Assembly (NCBI RefSeq): GCF_000253055.1
Contig: NC_016070.1
Span: 510,001-542,000, forward strand
Direction: 5' to 3'
DNA length: 32,000 nt
Source: Thermoproteus tenax Kra 1
GTDB taxonomy: Archaea > Thermoproteota > Thermoprotei > Thermoproteales > Thermoproteaceae
In this document: positions 1 to 9,780 of the stretch, piece after piece
Layout: each line of letters begins with the position of its first letter
Numbering within the stretch: the first letter of the stretch is position 1
The notes under the pieces: generated by a model
Database searches by the model: none
Told to the model about the DNA's origin: nothing
Seen by the model: only the letters and a program-made list of their open reading frames with translations
Made by a program: the position numbers and the translations under genes

Positions 1-273
1 ACCATTGTGACTGTGGTAGCAAGCTATGTGGAGGCCACCAGAGCCAGAGCTGTGGAGCCGAAGATAGTCGGCGTGATAAAGCTCGACGTCCCCGGCTATA
101 AGTTCGACGACCACTTCTTCCCAGGTCTGCTACACTACATCTGCGGAGCTACCGATGAGGACGTGAAAAGCATGAGGCTGTTCGGCGCCAGAGTGAGGGC
201 TAGGTTCAAGCCTGAGCAACAAAGGACCGGCTCTATCACAGATATAGAGTGCTTCGAGGTGGTGAGGACATGA
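1..273 (+). CDS. DUF35 / OB-fold acyl-CoA-associated protein, C-terminal part (gene likely starts upstream of the window)
   Basis: Frame open from the window edge; the C-terminal pattern ...GARVRARFKPEQQRTGSITDIECFEV matches that of the next gene (...GMKVKPKWRSERRGSVTDIEYFEP). Confidence 0.75.
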   Translation, partial: TIVTVVASYVEATRARAVEPKIVGVIKLDVPGYKFDDHFFPGLLHYICGATDEDVKSMRLFGARVRARFKPEQQRTGSITDIECFEVVRT

Positions 274-701
274 GGCGCGTAAAGACCTTCCCAGAGGTGA
301 TGGAGATAGAGGCCTATATATACACTGCAGGCCCCGTGGGCACCAAATGGTTGGAGAACCTTAAGGCCGGCAAATTGACCGCCGCGTATTGTCCCAAGTG
401 CGGGCGCCTCTTCTTGCCGCCCAAGATGTTCTGCCCCTACGACTTCGAGGAGGTCAGAGAGCTCAGAGAGATCGGCCAGACGGGTGTCGTCGAGAGCTAC
501 ACAGTTATAGAGAGGGATCTCTCAGGGGAGAGGTTGCCCGAGAGGAAGATCTTGGCGTTCATAAGGTTTCCGGGCGTCGAGGGAGGAATTATACACTACG
601 TGAAGGCAGAGGGGCTCGCCATCGGAATGAAGGTGAAGCCTAAGTGGAGGTCTGAGAGGAGGGGCTCGGTGACCGACATAGAATATTTTGAGCCCGTATG
701 A
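270..701 (+). CDS. Zn-ribbon/OB-fold protein of the DUF35 family
   Basis: CPKCGRLFLPPKMFCPYD rubredoxin-like zinc ribbon followed by an OB-fold; ATGA overlap with the preceding stop at 270-273. Confidence 0.85.
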   Translation: MRRVKTFPEVMEIEAYIYTAGPVGTKWLENLKAGKLTAAYCPKCGRLFLPPKMFCPYDFEEVRELREIGQTGVVESYTVIERDLSGERLPERKILAFIRFPGVEGGIIHYVKAEGLAIGMKVKPKWRSERRGSVTDIEYFEPV

Positions 702-1840
702 GCCTCTTGACCCAAGAGCACGAGCTCGTCAGAAAGACTGCGCGCGATTTTGCCGAGAAGTACGTTGGGCCTATAGCGAGGAGGATGGACAGAGAGAACT
801 ACTATCCCCGGGATATATTACGGGACGCCGGAAAGCTCGGCATATTGACCCCGACGGTTCCCCCAGAGTATGGCGGAGGAGGCGGCGATCTGAGGTCCGT
901 CGTTGTTATACTTGAGGAGTTAGGCAGAGTGAGCGGCGGCTTCAGCCTCCTAGTGGAGGCCTACGGCGTGCTTTTCGCGGACGCTCTGAAGAACTTCGGA
1001 AGCGCTGGGCAGAAGGAGGAGGTGCTGCCCAAGGTCGCCGCCGGCGAGAAGATCGGCGCCTTCGCTCTCTCCGAGCCGTGTTGCGGCAGCGATGCGGCGG
1101 CTATACAGACGAGGGCCGAGAGGAGGGGCGGAGAGTGGGTCATTAACGGCGCAAAGATGTGGATAACCAACGGGCTCTACGCCGACTACTACCTTGTGGC
1201 CGCTAGGACTGGCCCAAGGGAGGCGCGGCACAAGGCCATAACGGTCTTCCTCTTGAGGAGGAGCTCTTGTGTGGAGGCCTCGCCTATTGAGGTCATGGGC
1301 GTCAGAGGCACGGGGACTGCGGAGCTCAAGTTCAACGACTGCTCTGTGGGCGAGGACGAGATAGTGGGCGAGTTGAATGGAGGGTGGAGGGTCCTCATGC
1401 ACACGCTCGATGTGGGCAGAGTTGCCATATCGGGAGTTGCGCTGGGGATAGCGAGGGGGGCCTTCGAGGAGGCGCTGGCCTGGGCGAGGAGCAGAGAGCT
1501 CTTCGGCAAGAGGCTCGTTGAGTTCCAAAACGCCCAGTTCGAGTTGGCGGAGATGTTGGCCTCCATAGAGACGGCGCGCGCTCTCACGTACTATGCGGCT
1601 TATCTCTACGATGTAGGCTCGCCCGAGTTCCTTCTGATGTCCCACGTGGCCAAACTACAGGCCGCCAGGCTCGCTGTAGATGTAACGCGCAGAGCGGTGC
1701 AGATGGAGGGAGGATACGGATACAGCAAGGAGAGCAAGGCTGAGATGTTCTATAGAGATGCCAAGATCTTGGAGATAGGGGAGGGTACTAATGAGGTCAT
1801 GAAGTACGTCATCTATAAACTGCTCGAGAAGAGCTCTTAG
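698..1840 (+). CDS. Acyl-CoA dehydrogenase
   Basis: 380 aa with ACAD signatures (FALSEPCCGSDAAAI, GAKMWITNG, GGYGYSKE, ILEIGEGTNEV); ATGA overlap with the upstream gene. Confidence 0.93.
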   Translation: MSLLTQEHELVRKTARDFAEKYVGPIARRMDRENYYPRDILRDAGKLGILTPTVPPEYGGGGGDLRSVVVILEELGRVSGGFSLLVEAYGVLFADALKNFGSAGQKEEVLPKVAAGEKIGAFALSEPCCGSDAAAIQTRAERRGGEWVINGAKMWITNGLYADYYLVAARTGPREARHKAITVFLLRRSSCVEASPIEVMGVRGTGTAELKFNDCSVGEDEIVGELNGGWRVLMHTLDVGRVAISGVALGIARGAFEEALAWARSRELFGKRLVEFQNAQFELAEMLASIETARALTYYAAYLYDVGSPEFLLMSHVAKLQAARLAVDVTRRAVQMEGGYGYSKESKAEMFYRDAKILEIGEGTNEVMKYVIYKLLEKSS

Positions 1841-2085
1841 TCGGCCGTCTGAGCCACTATATCAACGAGCTCCTTAGGACACATCTGGGCCATCATGGCC
1901 TCGGCCCTCCTTCCCACCGTCTCCGTCACGAGGCCCACTTTGTACAACTTCACTATCTGGTAGAGGGTTCTGCACGCCATCGTCCTCTCCAAGCCGTACT
2001 TCTCAACCGCAGACCTGAGCTTCTCGTCTGCCAGATAGTACACGTAGCTCCATCTCCACTTATTAAAAAAGGTGTATTTTTGCAA
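1837..2085 (-). CDS. Small hypothetical protein (start probably internal, near a GTG at ~2045)
   Basis: Complete ORF filling the space between the ACAD gene and the next ORF; an A/T-rich promoter-like tract lies at ~2057-2075 inside the longest ORF version. Confidence 0.5.
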   Translation of the reverse strand: MQKYTFFNKWRWSYVYYLADEKLRSAVEKYGLERTMACRTLYQIVKLYKVGLVTETVGRRAEAMMAQMCPKELVDIVAQTAD

Positions 2086-3070
2086 CGTGCTCTGGTACAG
2101 AATAGGGAGGGGGCCGCCGCGGGAATATTTCTATTCCAACGTAGATCTCCTTCGGGTCTCCCAGATCTCCCTAGCTCTCTCCCTCCTCCTCTTTGCGGCG
2201 GGCCTGGCGGCCCCGCCTCTCTCGGCGAAGGTTCACGGCTTCTTGATGGTGGCCGGCCTCCTCTCCTTCTACTTCTCCGTGATGTACCTCCAACATCCGG
2301 CCTTTACTAACACTATGCCGCGGAGGCCCCTTAGCTATATCCTCCTTGCCCTCTTCCTCTACGGCCTGTTGGCAAGCTACCTCGGCGCGCCGCTCCCGTG
2401 GGCTCCCTTCTCGGCGCTCTATATACTCCTCTACCTCCCCGGCCTCAGAGGGGCCAACGCTCCGCCCAACGTGCTCACAATGGCGGGCCTCGCCGCACTG
2501 GCGGTTGCCTCAGAGCCGTGGCAGATGGTCCTCTCCTTCCCCGCCGCATCTGCGTTGAGCCTAATTATGCGGGTCGACTCAGCCAAAAGGCACTTGAGGC
2601 TGAGTCTGTCTGAGGCGCTCGCCTTTTCGGCCGTGTATCTAGCCTTGTTCTTCATCCCCGTACCTCCTCCGGCTGCAATCGCGGCGATCTTCGGCGGCTT
2701 CCTGTTGCTTGTGAGAGGCACCTACGTCTCATCCGAGCCCTACTCCTGGGGCACGACAATCGGCAGAGTGCTCCCCATCCTCGCGCCCTTGGGCTATCTG
2801 GGGCTGCCGGTCTACCACTTCTTGTACATGGGAATCGCCGTCATCATGTTCAGCCTCTGTATCCCGTGGTTCACGCCCTCAGTATTTCTGAGGGCCGTCC
2901 CCCGGTGGCCGCGCTATCTGCCCCTTGTACCCGCCGTTGCGGCCCTGTTGAGGCTCTCCGGCTACGGCCCCCTCGTCGCGCTCTCCTCTGTAGTCTTGCT
3001 CGCAGGCGCCGTATACGTCTCAGTGAAGGTCCTCAGAGAGAGGAAGTTCCCGCTCGGTCAGCCTCCTTGA
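2072..3070 (+). CDS. Multi-spanning membrane protein, hypothetical (exact start uncertain)
   Basis: About 330 aa with many hydrophobic segments; no family recognised. Confidence 0.75.
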   Translation: MYFCNVLWYRIGRGPPREYFYSNVDLLRVSQISLALSLLLFAAGLAAPPLSAKVHGFLMVAGLLSFYFSVMYLQHPAFTNTMPRRPLSYILLALFLYGLLASYLGAPLPWAPFSALYILLYLPGLRGANAPPNVLTMAGLAALAVASEPWQMVLSFPAASALSLIMRVDSAKRHLRLSLSEALAFSAVYLALFFIPVPPPAAIAAIFGGFLLLVRGTYVSSEPYSWGTTIGRVLPILAPLGYLGLPVYHFLYMGIAVIMFSLCIPWFTPSVFLRAVPRWPRYLPLVPAVAALLRLSGYGPLVALSSVVLLAGAVYVSVKVLRERKFPLGQPP

Positions 3071-3428
3071 TTAGAGGGCAGGCATCCTCGGATGCTCTGA
3101 GGAGCGCCTTGTAGTCGCGCCAGAAGGCGGCGTTGTGTGGCCTGAGCGCGCCGCTTGTAGTAGTAGGTATGTGGGCGAGCTCGTGGGCCAGGACTTTGGC
3201 TTTTTCGGGGCATTGGAGGCGCCAGAACTCCTTGAGGAGCTCTATCACGTAGAGAGGGCCTAAGTCGAGAGCCTCTTGGAGCGCCTTGGAGAGCCCCCAG
3301 ATCCTTGCGTACGCCCTCGACCTAGCATCGGTGGCCACCACGTAGACTTCCACTCGTCTCAAATGCGGCAGGCCCGACCTCTCCGCTATAAACTTGGCCG
3401 CCCTCTCGTATCCTATAAGGCGGGGCAT
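3033..3428 (-). CDS. Putative HExxH metallopeptidase-like protein
   Basis: KAKVLAHELAHIPTTTSGALRPHNAAFWRDY: HExxH plus a downstream His; 3' end overlaps the convergent gene. Confidence 0.7.
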   Translation of the reverse strand: MPRLIGYERAAKFIAERSGLPHLRRVEVYVVATDARSRAYARIWGLSKALQEALDLGPLYVIELLKEFWRLQCPEKAKVLAHELAHIPTTTSGALRPHNAAFWRDYKALLRASEDACPLIKEADRAGTSSL

Positions 3429-3441
3429 ATGTTATCTTTTA

Positions 3442-5322
3442 ATGCCATATTTTAGCGCTCTCGTGGTCGTGGCTTGTACGCGCGACTGCTACGACACGTG
3501 CATCTTCACCCCCAAGGCCGCGGGCGGAAGGCTGTTGGATCTGGCCCCTACACGCTCCTTCCCCACCCTCGGCTTCACTTGCGCCAGAGGGAGGGCCGAC
3601 GTCAAAAGGCTGTACTCTAGCGCCAGGCTCAAGCGGCCGTTAATGAGGAGGGGCGACCAGTTCGTCGAAATCAGCTGGGAGAGAGCCGTCCAAGAGCTCG
3701 CCCTCAGGCTGAGGGCTGCAGATCCCCAGAGGGTGCTCCACATAGACTACGATGGAAATCAAGGGCTGCTCACATGGTACTATCCCGCTCGTCTGTTCAA
3801 CGCAATTGGGGCCTCCTCGACGGACTACTCTATATGTAGCGCCGAGGGCCACTCGGCACTTAAGCTACACTGGGGGAGGTCGTGGGGGCTCCTGCCTGAG
3901 GAGCTCGCTGCTGCCAGAGCCGTGGTGTTCTGGGGCGTCAACGCGCTCGTGAGCTTCATACACGGGTGGGCCTTGACCAAGAGAGCCAGAAGGGCTGCGG
4001 TGGACGTCGTAATGACGGAGACCCTCAAGGCCTCCGATCTGCCGGTCGTAGTAAGGCCGGGGACAGACGTCGTATTGGCGTTGGGGATCGCGCGGAGGAT
4101 AATAGATGCCGAGGCCTACGACCGACGCTTCATCGAGAGGTACACCTACGGCTTCGACGAATTTAAGAGATACGTCCAGAAGTTCACCGACCAAGTAGTG
4201 GAGGAGGAGACTGGCGTTACCAGAGATGTTCTCGATGGACTGACCGAAATATATCTGTCGGGGGCCAAGACGGTCATTGGCTTCGCCTTAGGGAGGACTC
4301 TCAACGGCGGCGAGGCGATCCGTGCTATCTCATTGATCCACGCCCTGCTGGGCGATCCCCTGGGCTTTTTCTACTCTAACTCAGGCGCGTGGGAGATCGA
4401 CTTCGACTACTTGAGGGGGTACCACGTCGGCAGACCCTCGAGGGTTGTGCCCATGGGCTTGGTGGGGAGACAGATAGGGGAGTTCGACGTAGTCTACGTA
4501 TGGAACGCAAATCCGGTGATGACGTTGCCTCAGGGGGACAGAATATGCGAGGCTGCCGCAAGGGGCGACATCTTCTTGGCTGTGCACGACATAGTTATGA
4601 GCGAAACGGCGCAGTGCGCCGACTTAGTGTTGCCGGCCCCCACATATTTAGAGAAGGACGACGTGGTCTACAGCTACTGGCATCAGCTGCTCGTCTACAA
4701 CAAGGCAGTCGTAGAGCCCATAGGAGAGAGCAAGCCGGAGCATTGGGTGGTCAGAGAGGTCGGCAAAGCCATGGGCTTGGGCGACCATGTCCTCCTCTCG
4801 GAGGACCCCTGGCGCGCCGTAGATATCGCCTTGAGGAAGACCGGCGTATCTTTGGACTTGCTCATAAGGAGGAGGGTGCTCGCCATGAGGAGGGGGGATC
4901 CCCTCGAGTTTCCGACTCCGACGCGTAAACTCGAGTTTTACAGCACTCAGGCCGCGAAGGCAGGCCTTAGCCCTCTCCCGTCCTATGAGAGGCCGAGCGG
5001 CCGGCCGACATTAGTCTTTACCTCAGATCCCAAGTATACGAACACACAGTTCTTCGACGAGTACGGTGAGCCCGAGCCCGTCGTCTACTCCAACCCGAGG
5101 CAGGCGCCGGAGGGTGTAGTGTGTCTTGAGCGCGATGGCGTAGCCGTCAAGGTCAAACTGAGGTGGGACCCTGAGGTGCCGGAGGGAGTCTTGTTAGCCA
5201 GAGGCATCTTCAAGGACTTGGCGGGAAGGCCCGTGAGCTCTATTGTCGATGGGACTCCCAACCCCTACGGAGGGACTCCCAGGATTAACTCCACTGTGGT
5301 CGCCGTTAGGAATTGCGAGTAA
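3442..5322 (+). CDS. Molybdopterin-dependent oxidoreductase, catalytic subunit (DMSO reductase superfamily)
   Basis: N-terminal [10 protein letters not shown] Fe-S motif, [28 protein letters not shown] and [17 protein letters not shown] motifs. ATG at 3442 is the likely start, but the GTG at ~3466 is possible. Confidence 0.88.
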   Translation: MPYFSALVVVACTRDCYDTCIFTPKAAGGRLLDLAPTRSFPTLGFTCARGRADVKRLYSSARLKRPLMRRGDQFVEISWERAVQELALRLRAADPQRVLHIDYDGNQGLLTWYYPARLFNAIGASSTDYSICSAEGHSALKLHWGRSWGLLPEELAAARAVVFWGVNALVSFIHGWALTKRARRAAVDVVMTETLKASDLPVVVRPGTDVVLALGIARRIIDAEAYDRRFIERYTYGFDEFKRYVQKFTDQVVEEETGVTRDVLDGLTEIYLSGAKTVIGFALGRTLNGGEAIRAISLIHALLGDPLGFFYSNSGAWEIDFDYLRGYHVGRPSRVVPMGLVGRQIGEFDVVYVWNANPVMTLPQGDRICEAAARGDIFLAVHDIVMSETAQCADLVLPAPTYLEKDDVVYSYWHQLLVYNKAVVEPIGESKPEHWVVREVGKAMGLGDHVLLSEDPWRAVDIALRKTGVSLDLLIRRRVLAMRRGDPLEFPTPTRKLEFYSTQAAKAGLSPLPSYERPSGRPTLVFTSDPKYTNTQFFDEYGEPEPVVYSNPRQAPEGVVCLERDGVAVKVKLRWDPEVPEGVLLARGIFKDLAGRPVSSIVDGTPNPYGGTPRINSTVVAVRNCE

Positions 5323-5353
5323 TTTTTATAAACGGTCGCCAGAAGGCGTTGAC

Positions 5354-5629
5354 ATGCGTTTTCCGAAGAAGGTCATGGCGTATTGTCCGCGGTGTAATGC
5401 GCATACTGAGCATACGGTATCTATATACCATCAAGGCAAGAGGAGGGAGCTCTCCGAGGGCCAGAGGAGGTACAACAGGAAGCTGAAAGGATACGGCTCC
5501 TCGCCCAAGCCTAAGCAGAAAAGGTTCGCAAAGATAAACAAAAAGGTCGCCCTAGTGCTCACATGCTCTAAATGCGGCTATAAGCTCCACAAGACACTAG
5601 GCAGAATGAAGAAGGTCGAGCTGGTATAA
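5354..5629 (+). CDS. rpl44e: 50S ribosomal protein L44e
   Basis: [40 protein letters not shown]... with C-terminal zinc-binding CSKCGYK; TATA-like box ~25 nt upstream. Confidence 0.95.
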   Translation: MRFPKKVMAYCPRCNAHTEHTVSIYHQGKRRELSEGQRRYNRKLKGYGSSPKPKQKRFAKINKKVALVLTCSKCGYKLHKTLGRMKKVELV

Positions 5630-5630
5630 T

Positions 5631-5834
5631 ATGCCGCCGCGCTTCTCGAAGATCTTGATACCGCAGCCCCGGTCTAAGTTCTTGAGGGTGCGCTGTCCCG
5701 ACTGCGGAAACGAGCAAGTCGTGTTCAGCCACGCGTCTATGGTGGTCAGATGTCTAGTATGCGGCCGCGTATTGGTTCAGCCCACTGGAGGCAAGGCGCA
5801 GATCCAAGGGAATATACTTAAGGTGCTGGATTAG
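5631..5834 (+). CDS. rps27e: 30S ribosomal protein S27e
   Basis: [49 protein letters not shown]; directly follows L44e. Confidence 0.95.
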   Translation: MPPRFSKILIPQPRSKFLRVRCPDCGNEQVVFSHASMVVRCLVCGRVLVQPTGGKAQIQGNILKVLD

Positions 5835-5844
5835 CCGCGACCGC

Positions 5845-5985
5845 CTACGCGGTCGCCCTGTATATCAGCTCCGTGGCCGCGTCTATGTCTGCTCTGTGCA
5901 GATCCCAGAGCTGCGGCAGACGATGTACAAATTTTAGTTCCCTCAACGTTGGTGGCGAGACCCTTGCCAGTATGACTCCCTCCCC
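5845..5985 (-). pseudogene. Possible C-terminal gene remnant of unknown family
   Basis: Minus-strand reading GVILARVSPPTLRELKFVHRLPQLWDLHRADIDAATELIYRATA* has protein-like composition but no clear start, and an in-frame stop lies in the adjoining palindromic repeat. Confidence 0.3.
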
Positions 5986-6014
5986 GCCCTAGAGGGCGAG
6001 GCCTTCGGTTGTAA
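5971..6014 (-). repeat. 44-nt palindromic element, copy A
   Basis: TATGACTCCCTCCCCGCCCTAGAGGGCGAGGCCTTCGGTTGTAA (plus-strand sequence); 39/44 matches to copy B; GCCCTAGAGGGC core. Confidence 0.85.
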
Positions 6015-6028
6015 GCCAGGTGAGCTCT

Positions 6029-6508
6029 CTATAACAATCTCAGCCTCTTTACGATGCCCTTCGCCTCGAGCTCTCTGGCATCCTCGGCGGGTATCTTTGC
6101 TAGATCGCCCCTATTGAAGGGCCCAATCTGTTTAAAGTCGGACGTAGACATTGTGGCGGGAAATCTGTCTAGGAAAACGACGATCTCGTATCTCCTTCTT
6201 TTATCCCTCGCCGGCGCCTCTCTGATCTTGAGTATCGGCGCCAAGAGCCTCTCCTCCTCCGCCGTCAAGTCTCTGGGCTCTCTCCCTTGTTGTACTTCCC
6301 AGAGTATCTTCCTTATCCGCAACTCCATAATGGACGCTATCACGTGCGCCATGTGGGCGCGCACAGTCTCCTCCATTGAGGGCGGTAACGCAACTCCCTT
6401 CAACTGCTCGTTTATCTCGTTGGCGAGCTCCATGTAGGAGGCTACGGGGGGCTTCGTCAACAGCTTTGTGTCCAGCTCGGCCGACAGCCACGAGTACGCC
6501 CTGCTCAC
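6029..6508 (-). CDS. Archaeal GINS complex subunit (Gins15/Gins51-like)
   Basis: MELRIRKILWEVQQGREPRDLTAEEERLL and IGPFNRGDLAKIPAEDARELEAKGIVKRL match GINS A and B domain patterns; adjacent to priS. Confidence 0.75.
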   Translation of the reverse strand: MSRAYSWLSAELDTKLLTKPPVASYMELANEINEQLKGVALPPSMEETVRAHMAHVIASIMELRIRKILWEVQQGREPRDLTAEEERLLAPILKIREAPARDKRRRYEIVVFLDRFPATMSTSDFKQIGPFNRGDLAKIPAEDARELEAKGIVKRLRLL

Positions 6509-6538
6509 AACTCCCCCAAAGCGTCCACCTATAAATTT

Positions 6539-7489
6539 TCAGCCTCTTCGCCGCCCTCCCTCTACATCCAAGATCTCGGCCTTCCCTTGCAGATATAGGT
6601 ATATAGCTAGGTAGAGGGGGAGGACGGTCTGCTCTCTGTCTATCCTCACTCCGAGGACTTCCCCGACCCTCTCCTTGAGCTTAACGTAGACCTCGCCTCT
6701 GGTGAACGCTATCGCTTTATTGAGTATATATTCGGCGTCTCTCTCTAAGTCCGACTGCGACAGAGGAAGCGTTATGAAGCCCGTCTTGTTGTTCAGAGAG
6801 CCGGGCGCTCTGATCAGTCTGTGGACGTCCGTGGTGACCACCTCGTCGATTTTGATGAAGTAGTTCCCGTCATGGAGTCCTCTAAATATACGTAACAGAC
6901 TCCCCACAGGCTCCTCTTGATACAGTTTGACGGTCCTCTTACCAACTCTGGTCTCCAATTTGGCGAGGTCGAGGTTGCGGGCAGTCAGGAAGTCAACTAG
7001 GCGCCTCCGCTCGGCCGATGTGAGATCCATGACCTCCTTGGACCTCACGTGGACGTGAAAGCCTCTGTGGCCGGAGTAGACGGGCTCCCCGTTGAGCGCC
7101 AGCTCGTTCCTCAGCGCGTCGAGGAGCTTCAAAGCCTCCTCGCGAGCGTCGTCTAGACACTTGAGGTTCAAGAGCTGCATCCCTCTACAGCTCTCCGTAT
7201 CTAGGTGGTCGCCGTCTATATCGAACACAAGGTCGGCCCCCTGCCAGCCCTTGGCCTCCATGTCTCTCTCGTCGGGCCTCTCGTAGTATGCAACGGAGTA
7301 GTACAAGCCGAGGGGCGGCTCGGAGATACACGCTCTCCTGAGCTCATCTATAGAGGGGAAGGACTTGTGTCGCAACACCACGTTCTCCATGGTCAACATG
7401 CCTATCTCCCTCCTCTCGATATTGGGTATAGATAGTGTGGCCCTCCTATAATGGTTCCTGAACAGAGCCTTGAGCCAAGCCTCCGCCAT
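6539..7489 (-). CDS. priS: DNA primase small (catalytic) subunit
   Basis: LYYSVAYYERPDERDMEAKGWQGADLVFDIDGDHL (catalytic acidic motif), VYSGHRGFHVHV, TTDVHRLIRAPGSLNNKTGF. Confidence 0.95.
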   Translation of the reverse strand: MAEAWLKALFRNHYRRATLSIPNIERREIGMLTMENVVLRHKSFPSIDELRRACISEPPLGLYYSVAYYERPDERDMEAKGWQGADLVFDIDGDHLDTESCRGMQLLNLKCLDDAREEALKLLDALRNELALNGEPVYSGHRGFHVHVRSKEVMDLTSAERRRLVDFLTARNLDLAKLETRVGKRTVKLYQEEPVGSLLRIFRGLHDGNYFIKIDEVVTTDVHRLIRAPGSLNNKTGFITLPLSQSDLERDAEYILNKAIAFTRGEVYVKLKERVGEVLGVRIDREQTVLPLYLAIYLYLQGKAEILDVEGGRRRG

Positions 7490-7493
7490 TAAA

Positions 7494-8267
7494 TTAGGCC
7501 TGCTCTATGTGGGGCGCCACGTAGTAGGCGAGCTTGCCTCCGGCAGGTATATCGAAGGTCAACGATATAGGCTTCGCGGTCGCCAGCTCTATGGTCACAA
7601 TGTCGCTGACCTTCGAGGCCTTGCCCGTAATGTCCACTAAATACTCCAACGTGAACGATGCGCTGGCCGGCTCCTTGACGTCAAACTCATACACAAGTTC
7701 CCCTCCCTTATCTAGCTTGACCTCAACCTCACCTCTGTCGCTGGAGGCCCGTATATAGAGGGCCTCCTCGTCTACGTCGAATTTCACTGTGTCAGCCACG
7801 GCGTCCGCGTCCTTCATAGCTTGATCTAACACATCGCTGGCAGTCTTCACCATCGCAGTATAGACCACCTTAGGCGTAGGTAGCTCTTCAGCTGGAGTCT
7901 CAAGGTACGGCAGAGTGATGGAGCGCGTGGACTTGCCTATCAGCTTCACCCTCAGCTTAGATTCCTCTACCTCAAATGATATCTTATCGCCCTTCTTGAG
8001 CCTCCTCAACAGCTTCTTGAAGTCCTTGAAGTTGAGACCTATTCTGAGCTCGGACTGTAGCTCTGGATACTCCTCGAAGCCCTCCTTGGGTATAAACAAA
8101 TCCACCATGGCGGTCCTCGAGGGGTCTAAGGATCTTAGAGCCATGCCGTCTTGTCTGAAGACGAGGCCGGCCTCCTCCACTATGACGGCGATGGCGTCGA
8201 TGATGTAGGTCCACTCCTTGGCGTCGCTGTAGGTGATAATGTATTTGTCCATAGGTGTATGTCTCAC
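7494..8267 (-). CDS. pcn: DNA polymerase sliding clamp (PCNA); GTG start at 8267 or ATG at 8252
   Basis: DGMALRSLDPSRTAMVDLFIPKEGFEEY, LNFKDFKKLLRRLKKGD, C-terminal PISLTFDIPAGGKLAYYVAPHIE. Confidence 0.95.
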   Translation of the reverse strand: MRHTPMDKYIITYSDAKEWTYIIDAIAVIVEEAGLVFRQDGMALRSLDPSRTAMVDLFIPKEGFEEYPELQSELRIGLNFKDFKKLLRRLKKGDKISFEVEESKLRVKLIGKSTRSITLPYLETPAEELPTPKVVYTAMVKTASDVLDQAMKDADAVADTVKFDVDEEALYIRASSDRGEVEVKLDKGGELVYEFDVKEPASASFTLEYLVDITGKASKVSDIVTIELATAKPISLTFDIPAGGKLAYYVAPHIEQA

Positions 8268-8305
8268 TCAGAAAATTTAAGCGTGAATGCATATTACATA
8301 GCAGA

Positions 8306-8464
8306 GTAATGAGGGGAGGGCGGCGCGTCCCATGGGCAGGCCATCCTAGGCACAGATCCCGCCGCAAAGGGGAGGCTCGGCTAACCCCGACGAGGAACAC
8401 GCGAGAACCCGCGGTGGAGACCTCGCCTTCTAGGGCTGAGAGGAGGCCATATCAGAGACGTTAC
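8306..8464. ncRNA. Candidate structured RNA in the PCNA/TFS intergenic region (identity and strand unknown)
   Basis: Possible closing helix GTAATG (8306-8311) / CGTTAC (8459-8464), internal helices GCGGCG (8320-8325) / CGCCGC (8360-8365), and an irregular hairpin 8391-8425 CGAGGAACACGCGAGAACCCGCGGTGGAGACCTCG; no ORF of 60 aa or longer that looks genuine. Confidence 0.3.
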
Positions 8465-8509
8465 GAGGAGCTTTGAGGGCTTGTGGCGGAGGTCCCGCTG
8501 GCCGAGACC

Positions 8510-8839
8510 CTAGGCGTATTCGCGCCAAGTGTATCCGCATTTAGTACATCTATAGAACCTAGTGGGAGGCTCGTCGGCCGCCCTAGTCTGTTGCATCCAC
8601 ACGTAGGCCTCTTCGTTGCCGCACTTGGGGCATACAACCTTGGTCTTAGGAAGCGTCTCAAAGGCCTTGTCGGCCACCAATAGGGCTTCCCTCCTCTCTA
8701 TGGAGCTTCTGGATCTGTAGGCGTTCTTAGTGGTCTCGTTCAAGGGCTCCTCGTAGCCGCACTTGGGACATCTCAAGACCGTCGTTTCGCCCCTCCTCAC
8801 AGGCATGAGGAGAGAGCCGTCCTTGGGACAGAACCGCAT
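8510..8839 (-). CDS. tfs: Transcription factor S (TFIIS/RpoM-like)
   Basis: MRFCPKDGSLLMP...LRCPKCGY and C-terminal VVCPKCGNEEAYVWMQQTRAADEPPTRFYRCTKCGYTWREY, including the catalytic RAADEP-type acidic hairpin. Confidence 0.95.
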   Translation of the reverse strand: MRFCPKDGSLLMPVRRGETTVLRCPKCGYEEPLNETTKNAYRSRSSIERREALLVADKAFETLPKTKVVCPKCGNEEAYVWMQQTRAADEPPTRFYRCTKCGYTWREYA

Positions 8840-8887
8840 TGCCTCGCTGTCGTTGCCTATATAAAAACTTTTAACAACGGGGAGAAA

Positions 8888-8897
8888 GTTTTAAATA
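8888..8897 (+). promoter_or_regulatory. TATA-like box upstream of rps19e
   Basis: gttttaaata ~21-30 nt upstream of the GTG start at 8918. Confidence 0.55.
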
Positions 8898-8917
8898 GCG
8901 CGCCAAAAGGGGATGTC

Positions 8918-9394
8918 GTGGTTTCAGTTAAAGATGTGCCTGCGGATCTGCTCATAAAAGAGCTCGCGGAGTATCTGAAGGCGAACGTCCCTCAGGTTAA
9001 ACCGCCTGTCTGGAGTATATATGTTAAAACGGGCGCACGGAAGGATAGGCCTCCCATGCAGGAGGATTGGTGGTACATCAGGGCAGCCTCTATAGTCAGA
9101 CGTCTGTATTTGGACGGCCCCGTCGGACTCTCCAGCCTCAGGACGTACTACGGATATAGAGCGAAGATAGGCTCCGGGATGAGGAGCGAGAAGACGAGTA
9201 AGGCCGGAGGGGCCATAATCAGGAAGATCCTGCACCAGCTTGAGCAAGCAGGCATTGCGGCGCGCACTAGGAAGGGGAGGGTCCTCACGCCTGAGGGGAG
9301 ATCTCTCGTCGACAGAATTGCGACTAAGATCGCAAAGGACCTCGTCAAGGCCAGGCCAGAGCTCGCTAAGTATCTGGCGCCGCCCAAGGAGTAA
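8918..9394 (+). CDS. rps19e: 30S ribosomal protein S19e (GTG start)
   Basis: [30 protein letters not shown]...[16 protein letters not shown]...[16 protein letters not shown]. Confidence 0.95.
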   Translation: MVSVKDVPADLLIKELAEYLKANVPQVKPPVWSIYVKTGARKDRPPMQEDWWYIRAASIVRRLYLDGPVGLSSLRTYYGYRAKIGSGMRSEKTSKAGGAIIRKILHQLEQAGIAARTRKGRVLTPEGRSLVDRIATKIAKDLVKARPELAKYLAPPKE

Positions 9395-9723
9395 TGGCTG
9401 AGGACAGCAACGACGAGGAGCTGGAGAGACTCCGCGAGAAGAAGTTGAGGGAGCTCCAGGAGCAGGCGGAGGCGCGAAGACGCGCCGAGGAGCTGGCCGC
9501 CCAGAGGAGGTTGGCCCTCAAGCGCATCCTCACTCCCGAGGCGATGGCCCGGCTGGACAACCTCAGAATTGTCAGACCGGAGCTCGTGGAGGCGTTGGAG
9601 CAACAACTGTTGGCGCTCGCCTCTAGCGGGAGAGTAAAGTTGCCGATTACCGACGAGGATCTCAAACAGATCTTGGCCCAGATCTATGAGAAGAGCCGGA
9701 GGGAGTACAGATTTAGGTTTTAG
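9394..9723 (+). CDS. PDCD5/TFAR19-family DNA-binding protein
   Basis: [71 protein letters not shown]; downstream of S19e, as usual in archaea. Confidence 0.92.
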   Translation: MAEDSNDEELERLREKKLRELQEQAEARRRAEELAAQRRLALKRILTPEAMARLDNLRIVRPELVEALEQQLLALASSGRVKLPITDEDLKQILAQIYEKSRREYRFRF

Positions 9724-9780
9724 CCCCAGTTCCCCTTATGTGCCGCCGGAACGCTTAAATAATAACCAATATAGCCGCCC

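Noticed and set aside
8399-8425. Possible tRNA T-arm around gcgggttctcgcg (minus strand)
   Set aside because: Loop TTCTCGC does not fit the TTCRANY consensus, and no acceptor or anticodon arm could be placed.
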